From NCBI RefSeq assembly GCF_009914755.1, contig NC_060926.1: 64,000 nt of DNA; one strand, given 5' to 3'. This document shows, in pieces, positions 49,933 through 61,569 of this stretch. The notes under the pieces are model-generated. The model ran no database searches. It saw only the letters and a program-made list of their open reading frames with translations, and had not been told where the DNA came from. The stretch is from the human T2T-CHM13v2.0 reference genome, Homo sapiens. The position numbers and the translations under genes are program-made. Every line of letters starts with the position of its first letter. The first letter of the stretch is position 1.

Positions 49933-52900
49933 CTTTTTGTAGTATCTGGATGTGGACATTTGGAGCGCTTTCAGGCCTATGGTGAAAAAGGAAATATCTT
50001 CCCCTGAAAACTAGACAGAAGCATTCTCAGAAACTTATTTGTGATGTGCGCCCTCAACTAACGGTGTTGAACCTTTCTTTTGATAGAGCAGTTTTGAAAC
50101 ACTCTTTTTGTAATATCTGCAAGAGGATATTTGGATAGCTTTGAGGATTTCGATGGAAACGGGATTGTCTTCATATAAACTCTAGACAGAAGCATTCTCA
50201 GAAGCTTCATTGGGATGTTTCAATTGAAGTCACAGTGTTGAACAGTCCCTTTCATAGAGCAGGTTTGAAACACTCTTTTTGTAGTATCTGGAAGTGGACA
50301 TTTGGAGAGATCTCAGGAATACGGTGATAAAGGAAATATCTTCCAATAAAAGCTAGATAGAAGCAATGTCAGAAACTTTTTCATGATGTATCTACTCAGC
50401 TAACAGAGTTGAACCTTTCTTTTGAGAGAGCAGTTTTGAAACACTCTTTTTGTGGAATCTGCAAGTGGATATTTGTCTAGCTTTGAGGATTTCGTTGGAA
50501 ACGGGATTACATATAAAAAGCAGACAGCAGCATTCCCAGAAACTTCTTTGTGATGTTTGCATTCAAGTCACAGAGTTGAACATTCCCTTTCATAGAGCAG
50601 GTTTGAAACACTCTTTTTGTAGTATCTGGATGTGGACATTTGGAGCGCTTTCAGGCCTATGGTGAAAAAGGAAATATCTTCCCCTGAAAACTAGACAGAA
50701 GCATTCTCAGAAACTTATTTGTGATGTGCGCCCTCAACTAACAGTGTTGAACCTTTCTTTTGATAGAGCAGTTTTGAAACACTCTTTTTGTAATATCTGC
50801 AAGAGGATATTTGGATAGCTTTGAGGATTTCGTTGGAAACGGGATTGACTTCATATAAACTCTAGACAGAAGCATTCTCAGAAGCTTCATTGGGATGTTT
50901 CAATTGAAGTCACAGTGTTGAACAGTTCCTTTCATAGAACAGGTTTGAAACACTCTTTTTGTAGTATCTGGAAGTGGACATTTGGAGCGCTCTCAGGACT
51001 ATGGTGAAAAAGGAAATATCTTCCAATAAAAGCTACATAGAAGCAATGTCAGAAACTTTTTCATGATGTATCTACTCAGCTAACAGAGTTGAACCTTTCC
51101 TTTGAGAGAGCAGTTTTGAAACTCTCTTTTTGTGGAATCTGCAAGTGGATATTTGTCTAGCTTTGAGGATTTCGTTGGAAACGGGATTACATAAAAAAGC
51201 AGACAGCAGCATTCCCAGAAACTTCTTTGTGAAGTTTGCATTCAAGTCACAGAGTTGAACATTCCCTTTCATAGAGCAGGTTTGAAACACTCTTTTTGTA
51301 GTATCTGTATGTGGACATTTGGAGCGCTTTCAGGCCTATGGTGAAAAAGGAAATATCTTCCCCTGAAAACTAGACAGAAGCATTCTCAGAATCTTATTTG
51401 TGATGTGCACCCTCAACTAACAGTGTTGAAGCTTTCTTTTGATAGAGCAGTTTTGAAACACTCTTTTTGTAAAATCTGCAAGAGTATATTTAGATAGCTT
51501 TGAGGATTTCGTTGGAAACGGGATTGTCTTCATATAAACTCTAGACAGAAGCATTCTCAGAAGCTTCATTGGGATGTTTCAATTGAAGTCACAGTGTTGA
51601 ACAGTCCCTTTCATAGAGCAGGTTTGAAACACTCTTTTTGTAGTATCTGGAAGTGGACATTTAGAGCGCTCTCAGGACTGCGGTGAAAAAGGAAATATCT
51701 TCCAATAAAAGCTAGATAGAAGCAATGTCAGAAACTTTTTCATGATGTATCTACTCAGCTAACAGAGTTGAACCTTCCTTTGAGAGAGCAGTTTTGAAAC
51801 ACTCTTTTTGTGGAATCTGCAAGTGGATATTTGTCTAGCTTTGAGGATTTCGCTGGAAACCGGATTACATATAAAAAGCAGACAGCAGCATTCCCAGAAA
51901 CTTCTTTGTGATGTTTGCATTCAAGTCACAGAGTTGAACATTCCATTTCATAGAGCAGGTTTGTAACACTCTTTTTGTAGTATCTGTATACGGACATTTG
52001 CAGCGCTTCCAGGCCTAAGGTGAAAAAGGAAATATCTTCCCCTGAAAACTAGACAGAAGCATTCTCAGAAACTTATTTGTGATGTGCGCCCTCAACCAAC
52101 AGTGTTGAAGCTTTCTTTTGACAGAGCAGTTTTGAAACACTCTTTTTGTGGAACCTGCAAGTGGATATTTGTCTAGCTTTGAGGATTTCGTTGGAAACGG
52201 GATTACATATAAAAAGCAGACAGCAGCATTCCCAGAATCTTGTTTGTGATGTTTGCATTCAAGTCACAGAGTTGAACATTCCCTTTCAGAGAGCAGGTTT
52301 GAAACACTCTTTTTATAGTATCTGGATGTGGACATTTGGAGCGCTTTCAGGCCTATGGTGAAAAAGGAAATATCTTCTCCTGAAAACTAGACAGAAGCAT
52401 TCTCAGAATCTTATTTGTGATGTGCGCCCTCAACTAACAGTGTTGAAGCTTTCTTTTGATAGAGCAGTTTTGAAACACTCTTTTCGTAAAATCTGCAAGA
52501 GGATATTTTGATAGCTTTCAGGATTTCGTTGGAAACGGGATTGTCTTCATATAAAATCTAGACAGAAGCATTCTGAGAAGCTTCATTGGGATGTTTCAAT
52601 TGAAGTCACAGTGTTGAACAGTCCCTTTCATAGAGCAGGTTTGAAACACTCTTTTTGTAGTATCTGGAAGTGGACATTTGGAGAGATCTCAGGAATACGG
52701 TGATAAAGGAAATATCTTCCAATAAAAGCTACATAGAAGCAATGTCAGAAACTTTTTCATGATGTATCTACTCAGCTAACAGAGTTGAACCTTTCCTTTG
52801 AGAGAGCAGTTTTGAAACACTCTTTTTGTGGAATCTGCAAGTGGATATTTGTCTAGCTTTGAGGATTTCGTTGGAAACGGGATTGTCTTCATATAAACTC

Positions 52901-55900
52901 TAGACAGAAGCATTCTCAGAAGCTTCATTGGGATGTTTCAATTGAAGTCACAGTGTTGAACAGTCCCTTTCATAGAGCAGGTTTGAAACACTCTTTTTGT
53001 AGTATCTGGAAGTGGACATTTGGAGAGATCTCAGGAATACGGTGATAAAGGAAATATCTTCCAATAAAAGCTAGATAGAAGCAATGTCAGAAACTTTTTC
53101 ATGATGTATCTACTCAGCTAACAGAGTTGAACCTTTCTTTTGAGAGAGCAGTTTTGAAACACTCGTTTTGTGGAATCTGCAAGTGGATATTTGTCTAGCT
53201 TTGAGGATTTCGTTGGAAACGGGATTACATATAAAAAGCAGACAGCAGCATTCCCAGAAACTTCTTTGTGATGTTTGCATTCAAGTCACAGAGTTGAACA
53301 TTCCCTTTCATAGAGCAGGTTTGAAACACTCTTTTTGTAGTATCTGGATGTGGACATTTGCAGCGCTTTCAGGCCTAAGGTGAAAAAGGAAATATCTTCC
53401 CCTGAAAACTAGACAGAAGCATTCTCAGAAACTTATTTGTGATGTGCGCCCTCAACTAACAGTGTTGAAGCTTTCTTTTGATAGAGCAGTTTTGAAACAC
53501 TCTTTTTGTAATATCTGCAAGAGGATATTTGGATAGCTTTGAGGATTTCGTTGGAAACGGGATTGTCTTCATATAAACTCTAGACAGAAGCATTCTCAGA
53601 AGCTTCATTGGGATGTTTCAATTGAAGTCACAGTGTTGAACAGTTCCTTTCATAGAACAGGTTTGAAACACTCTTTTTGTAGTATCTGGAAGTGGACATT
53701 TGGAGCGCTCTCAGGACTATGGTGAAAAAGGAAATATCTTCCAATAAAAGCTACATAGAAGCAATGTCACAAACTTTTTCATGATGTATCTACTCAGCTA
53801 ACAGAGTTGAACCTTTCTTTTGATAGAGCAGTTTTGAAACACTCTTTTTGTAATATCTGCAAGAGGATATTTGGATAGCTTTGAGGATTTCGTTGGAAAC
53901 GGGATTACATATAAAAAGCAGACAGCAGCATTCCCAGAATCTTGTTTGCGATGTTTGCATTCAAGTCACAGAGTTGAACATTCCCTTTCAGAGAGCAGGT
54001 TTGAAACACTCTTTTTATAGTATCTGGATGTGGACATTTGGAGCGCTTTCAGGCCTATGGTGAAAAAGGAAATATCTTCCCCTGTAAACTAGACAGAAGC
54101 ATTCTCAGAATCTTATTTGTGATTAGCGCCCTCAACTAACAGTGTTGAAGCTTTCTTTTGATAGAGCAGTTTTGAAACACTCTTTTCGTAAAATCTGCAA
54201 GAGGATATTTGGATAGCTTTGAGGATTTCGTTGGAAACGGGATTGTCTTCATATAAACTCTAGACAGAAGCATTCTCAGAAGCTTCATTGGGATGTTTCA
54301 ATTGAAGTCACAGTGTTGAACAGTCCCTTTCATAGAGCAGGTTTGAAACACTCTTTTTGTAGTATCTGGAAGTAGACATTTGGAGAGTTCTCAGGAATAC
54401 GGTGATAAAGGAAATATCTTCCAATAAAAGCTAGATAGAAGCAATGTCAGAAACTTTTTCATGATGTATCTACTCAGCTAACAGAGTTGAACCTTTCTTT
54501 TGAGAGAGCAGTTTTGAAACACTCTTTTTGTGGAATCTGCAAGTGGATATTTGTCTAGCTTTGAGGATTTCGTTGGAAACGGGATTACATATAAAAAGCA
54601 GACAGCAGCATTCCCAGTAACTTCTTTGTGATGTTTGCATTCAAGTCACAGAGTTGAACATTCCCTTTCATAGAGCAGGTTTGAAACACTCTTTTTGTAG
54701 TATCTGGATGTGGACATTTGCAGCGCTTTCAGGCCTACGGTGAAAAAGGAAATATCTTCCCCTGAAAACTAGACAGAAGCATTCTCAGAAACTTATTTGC
54801 GATGGGCGCCCTCAACTAACAGTGTTGAAGCTTTCTTTTGATAGAGCAGTTTTGAAACACTCTTTTCGTAAAATCTGCAAGAGGATATTTGGATAGCTTT
54901 GAGGATTTCGTTGGAAACGGGATTGTCTTCATATAAACTCTAGACAGAAGCATTCTCAGAAGCTTCATTGGGATGTTTCAATTGAAGTCACAGTGTTGAA
55001 CAGTCCCTTTCATAGAGCAGGTTTGAAACACTCTTTTTGTAGTATCTGGAAGTGGACATTTGGAGAGATCTCAGGAATACGGTGATAAAGGTAATATCTT
55101 CCAATAAAAGCTAGATAGAAGCAATGTCAGAAACTTTTTCATGATGTATCTACTCAGCTAACAGAGTTGAACCTTTCTTTTGAGAGAGCAGTTTTGAAAC
55201 ACTCTTTTTGTGGAATCTGCAAGTGGATATTTGTCTAGCTTTGAGGATTTCGTTGGAAACGGGATTACATATAAAAAGCAGACAGCAGCATTCCCAGTAA
55301 CTTCTTTGTGATGTTTGCATTCAAGTCACAGAGTTGAACATTCCCTTTCATAGAGCAGGTTTGAAACACTTTTTTTGTAGTATCTGGATGTGGACATTTG
55401 GAGCGCTTTCAGGCCTATGGTGAAAAAGGAAATATCTTCCAATAAAAGCTACATAGAAGCAATGTCAGAAACTTTTTCATGATGTATCTACTCAGCTAAC
55501 AGAGTTGAACCTTTCTTTTGAGAGAGCAGTTTTGAAACACTCTTTTTGTGGAATCTGCAAGTGGATATTTGTCTAGCTTTGAGGATTTCGTTGGAAACGG
55601 GATTACATATAAAAAGCAGACAGCAGCATTCCCAGTAACTTCTTTGTGATGTTTGCATTCAAGTCACAGAGTTGAACATTCCCTTTCATAGAGCAGGTTT
55701 GAAACACTTTTTTTGTAGTATCTGGATGTGGACATTTGGAGCGCTTTCAGGCCTATGGTGAAAAAGGAAATATCTTCCAATAAAAGCTACATAGAAGCAA
55801 TGTCAGAAACTTTTTCATGATGTATCTACTCAGCTAACAGAGTTGAACCTTTCTTTTGAGAGAGCAGTTTTGAAACACTCTTTTTGTAAAATCTGCAAGA

Positions 55901-57870
55901 GGATATTTGGATAGCTTTGAGGATTTCGTTGGAAACGGGATTGTCTTCATATAAACTCTAGACAGAAGCATTCTCAGAAGCGTCATTGGGATGTTTCAAT
56001 TGAAGTCACACTGTTGAACAGTCCCTTTCATAGAGCAGGTTTGAAACACTCTTTTTGTAGTATCTGGATGTGGACATTTGGAGCGCTTTCAGGCCTATGG
56101 TTTAAAAGGAAATATCTTCCCCTGAAAACTAGACAGAAGCATTCTCAGAAACTTATTTGTGATGTGCGCCTTCAACTAACAGTGTTGAAGCATTCTTTTG
56201 ATAGAGCAGTTTTGAAACACTCTTTTTGTGGAATCTGCAAGTGGATATTTGTCTAGCTTTGAGGATTTCGTTGGAAACGGGATTACATATAAAAAGCAGA
56301 CAGCAGCATTCCCAGAAACTTCTTTGTGATGTTTGCATTCAAGTCACAGAGTTGAACATTCCCTTTCAGAGAGCAGGTTTGAAACACTCTATTTGTAGTA
56401 TCTGGATGTGGACATTTGGAGCGCTTTCAGCCCTATGGTGAAAAAGGAAATATCTTCCCCTGAAAACTAGACAGAAGCATTCTCAGAATCTTATTTGTGA
56501 TGTGCGCCCTCAACTAACAGTGTTGAAGCTTTCTTTTGATAGAGCAGTTTTGAAACACTCTTTTTGTAAAATCTGCAAGAGGATATTTGGATAGCTTTGA
56601 GGATTTCGTTGGAAACGGGATTGTCTTCATATAAACTCTAGACAGAAGCATTCTCAGAAGCTTCATTGGGATGTTTCAATTGAAGTCACAGTGTTGAACA
56701 GTCCCTTTCATAGAGCAGGTTTGAAACACTCTTTTTGTAGTATCTGGAAGTGGACATTTCGAGCGCTCTCAGGACTGCGGTGAAAAAGGAACTATCTTCC
56801 AATAAAAGCTAGATAGAAGCAATGTCAGAAACTTTTTCATGATGTATCTACTCAGCTAACAGAGTTGAACCTTCCTTTGAGAGAGCAGTTTTGAAACACT
56901 CTTTTTGTGGAATCTGCAAGTGGATATTTGTCTAGCTTTGAGGATTTCGTTGGAAACGGGATTACATATAAAAAGCAGACAGCAGCATTCCCAGAAACTT
57001 CTTTGTGATGTTTGCATTCAAGTCACAGAGTGGAACATTCCCTTTCATAGAGCAGGTTTGAAACACTCTTTTTGTAGTATCTGGATGTGGACATTTGCAG
57101 CGCTTTCAGGCCTAAGGTGAAAAAGGAAATATCTTCCCCTGAAAACTAGACAGAAGCATTCTCAGAAACTTATTTGTGATGTGCGCCCTCAACTAACAGT
57201 GTTGAAGCTTTCTTTTGATAGAGCAGTTTTGAAACACTCTTTTTGTAATATCTGCAAGAGGATATTTGGATAGCTTTGAGGATTTCGTTGGAAACGGGAT
57301 TGTCTTCATATAAACTCTAGACAGAAGCATTCTCAGAAGCTTCATTGGGATGTTTCAATTGAAGTCACAGTGTTGAACAGTTCCTTTCATAGAACAGGTT
57401 TGAAACACTCTTTTTGTAGTATCTGGAAGTGGACATTTGGAGCGCTCTCAGGACTACGGTGAAAATGGAAATATCTTCCAATAAAAGCTAGATAGAAGCA
57501 ATGTCAGAAACTTTTTCATGATGTATCTACTCAGCTAACAGAGTTGAACCTTTCCTTTGAGAGAGCAGTTTTGAAACACTCTTTTTGTGGAATCTGCAAG
57601 TGGATATTTGTGTAGCTTTGAGGATTTCGTTGGAAACGGGATTACATATAAAAAGCAGACAGCAGCATTCCCAGAATCTTCTTTGTGATGTTTGCATTCA
57701 AGTCACAGAGTTGAACATTCCCTTTCATAGAGCAGGTTTGAAACACTCTTTTTGTAGTATCTGGATGTGGACATTTGGAGCGCTTTCAGGCCTATGGTGA
57801 AAAAGGAAATATCTTCCCCTGAAAACTAGACAGAAGCATTCTCAGAATCTTATTTGTGATGTGCGCCCTC
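49933..57870 (+). repeat. Duplicate of ~36000-43600 (offset 13933, then 14271 after a 338-bp gain)
   Basis: ORF offsets 36517/50450, 38213/52146, 39948/53881 equal 13933; 41743/56014 and 43314/57585 equal 14271. Shared gattagcgcc, gcgatgggcg, aaggtaata, gaaaatggaa. Confidence 0.9.
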
Positions 57871-58259
57871 AACTAACGGTGTTGAAGCTTTCTTTTAATA
57901 GAGCAGTTTTGAAACACTCTTTTTGTAAAATCTGCAAGAGGATATTTGGATAGCTTTGAGGATTTGGTTGGAAACGGGATTGTCTTCATATAAACTCTAG
58001 ACAGAAGCATTCTCAGAAGCTTCATTGGGATGTTTCACTTGAAGTCACAGTGTTGAACAGTCCCTTTCATAGAGCAGGTTTGAAACACTCTTTTTGTAGT
58101 ATCTGGAAGTGGACATTTGGAGCGCTCTCAGGACTGCGGTGAAAAAGGAAATATCTTCCAATAAAAGCTAGATAGAAGCAATGTCAGAAACTTTTTCATG
58201 ATGTATCTACTCAGCTAACAGAGTTGAACCTTCATTTGAGAGAGCAGTTTTGAAACACT

Positions 58260-61200
58260 CGTTTTGTGGAATCTGCAAGTGGATATTTGTCTAGCTTTGA
58301 GGATTTCGTTGGAAACGGGATTACATATAAAAAGCAGACAGCAGCATTCCCAGAAACTTCTTTGTGATGTTTGCATTCAAGTCACAGAGTTGAACATTCC
58401 CTTTCATAGAGCAGGTTTGAAACACTCTTTTTGTAGTATCTGGATGTGGACATTTGCAGCGCTTTCAGGCCTAAGGTGAAAAAGGAAATATCTTCCCCTG
58501 AAAACTAGACAGAAGCATTCTCAGAAACTTATTTGTGATGTGCGCCCTCAACTAACAGTGTTGAAGCTTTCTTTTGATAGAGCAGTTTTGAAACACTCTT
58601 TTTGTAATATCTGCAAGAGGATATTTGGATAGCTTTGAGGATTTCGTTGGAAACGGGATTGTCTTCATATAAACTCTAGACAGAAGCATTCTCAGAAGCT
58701 TCATTGGGATGTTTCAATTGAAGTCACAGTGTTGAACAGTTCCTTTCATAGAACAGGTTTGAAACACTCTTTTTGTAGTATCTGGAAGTGGACATTTGGA
58801 GCGCTCTCAGGACTATGGTGAAAAAGGAAATATCTTCCAATAAAAGCTACATAGAAGCAATGTCAGAAACTTTTTCATGATGTATCTACTCAGCTAACAG
58901 AGTTGAACCTTTCTTTTGATAGAGCAGTTTTGAAACTCTCTTTTTGTAATATCTGCAAGAGGATATTTGGATAGCTTTGAGGATTTCGTTGGAAACGGGA
59001 TTACATATAAAAAGCAGACAGCAGCATTCCCAGAATCTTGTTTGCGATGTTTGCATTCAAGTCACAGAGTTGAACATTCCCTTTCAGAGAGCAGGTTTGA
59101 AACACTCTTTTTATAGTATCTGGATGTGGACATTTGGAGCGCTTTCAGGCCTATGGTGAAAAAGGAAATATCTTCTCCTGTAAACTAGACAGAAGCATTC
59201 TCAGAATCTTATTTGTGATTAGCGCCCTCAACTAACAGTGTTGAAGCTTTCTTTTGATAGAGCAGTTTTGAAACACTCTTTTCGTAAAATCTGCAAGAGG
59301 ATATTTGGATAGCTTTGAGGATTTCGTTGGAAACGGGATTGTCTTCATATAAACTCTAGACAGAAGCATTCTCAGAAGCTTCATTGGGATGTTTCAATTG
59401 AAGTCACAGTGTTGAACAGTCCCTTTCATAGAGCAGGTTTGAAACACTCTTTTTGTAGTATCTGGAAGTGGACATTTGGAGAGTTCTCAGGAATAAGGTG
59501 ATAAAGGAAATATCTTCCAATAAAAGCTAGATAGAAGCAATGTCAGAAACTTTTTCATGATGTATCTACTCAGCTAACAGAGTTGAACCTTTCTTTTGAG
59601 AGAGCAGTTTTGAAACACTCTTTTTGTGGAATCTGCAAGTGGATATTTGTCTAGCTTTGAGGATTTCGTTGGAAACGGGATTACATATAAAAAGCAGACA
59701 GCAGCATTCCCAGTAACTTCTTTGTGATGTTTGCATTCAAGTCACAGAGTTGAACATTCCCTTTCATAGAGCAGGTTTGAAACACTCATTTTGTAGTATC
59801 TGGATGTGGACATTTGCAGCGCTTTCAGGCCTACGGTGAAAAAGGAAATATCTTCCCCTGAAAACTAGACAGAAGCATTCTCAGAAACTTATTTGCGATG
59901 GGCGCCCTCAACTAACAGTGTTGAAGCTTTCTTTTGATAGAGCAGTTTTGAAACACTCTTTTCGTAAAATCTGCAAGAGGATATTTGGATAGCTTTGAGG
60001 ATTTCGTTGGAAACGGGATTGTCTTCATATAAACTCTAGACAGAAGCATTCTCAGAAGCTTCATTGGGATGTTTCAATTGAAGTCACAGTGTTGAACAGT
60101 CCCTTTCATAGAGCAGGTTTTAAACACTCTTTTTGTAGTATCTGGAAGTGGACATTTGGAGAGATCTCAGGAATACGGTGATAAAGGTAATATCTTCCAA
60201 TAAAAGCTAGATAGAAGCAATGTCAGAAACTTTTTCATGATGTATCTACTCAGCTAACAGAGTTGAACCTTTCTTTTGAGAGAGCAGTTTTGAAACACTC
60301 TTTTTGTGGAATCTGCAAGTGGATATTTGTCTAGCTTTGAGGATTTCGTTGGAAACGGGATTACATATAAAAAGCAGACAGCAGCATTCCCAGTAACTTC
60401 TTTGTGATGTTTGCATTCAAGTCACAGAGTTGAACATTCCCTTTCATAGAGCAGGTTTGAAACACTTTTTTTGTAGTATCTGGATGTGGACATTTGGAGC
60501 GCTTTCAGGCCTATGGTGAAAAAGGAAATATCTTCCAATAAAAGCTACATAGAAGCAATGTCAGAAACTTTTTCATGATGTATCTACTCAGCTAACAGAG
60601 TTGAACCTTTCTTTTGAGAGAGCAGTTTTGAAACACTCTTTTTGTAAAATCTGCAAGAGGATATTTGGATAGCTTTGAGGATTTCGTTGGAAACGGGATT
60701 GTCTTCATATAAACTCTAGACAGAAGCATTCTCAGAAGCGTCATTGGGATGTTTCAATTGAAGTCACACTGTTGAACAGTCCCTTTCATAGAGCAGGTTT
60801 GAAACACTCTTTTTGTAGTATCTGGATGTGGACATTTGGAGCGCTTTCAGGCCTATGGTTTAAAAGGAAATATCTTCCCCTGAAAACTAGACAGAAGCAT
60901 TCTCAGAAACTTATTTGTGATGTGCGCCTTCAACTAACAGTGTTGAAGCATTCTTTTGATAGAGCAGTTTTGAAACACTCTTTTTGTGGAATCTGCAAGT
61001 GGATATTTGTCTAGCTTTGAGGATTTCGTTGGAAACGGGATTACATATAAAAAGCAGACAGCAGCATTCCCAGAAACTTCTTTGTGATGTTTGCATTCAA
61101 GTCACAGAGTTGAACATTCCCTTTCAGAGAGCAGGTTTGAAACACTCTTTTTGTAGTATCTGGATGTGGACATTTGGAGCGCTTTCAGCCCTATGGTGAA

Positions 61201-61560
61201 AAAGGAAATATCTTCCCCTGAAAACTAGACAGAAGCATTCTCAGAATCTTATTTGTGATGTGCGCCCTCAACTAACAGTGTTGAAGCTTTCTTTTGATAG
61301 AGCAGTTTTGAAACACTCTTTTTGTAAAATCTGCAAGAGGATATTTGGATAGCTTTGAGGATTTCGTTGGAAACGGGATTGTCTTCATATAAACTCTAGA
61401 CAGAAGCATTCTCAGAAGCTTCATTGGGATGTTTCAATTGAAGTCACAGTGTTGAACAGTCCCTTTCATAGAGCAGGTTTGAAACACTCTTTTTGTAGTA
61501 TCTGGAAGTGGACATTTCGAGCGCTCTCAGGACTGCGGTGAAAAAGAAACTATCTTCCAA
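58260..61560 (+). repeat. Third copy of ~39230-42530 (offset 19029)
   Basis: ORF offsets 39948/58977, 41743/60772, 41955/60984. Shared tgtaaactag, gattagcgcc, gagttctcag, gtcacactg, atttcgagcg. Confidence 0.88.
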
Positions 61561-61569
61561 CAAAAGCTA

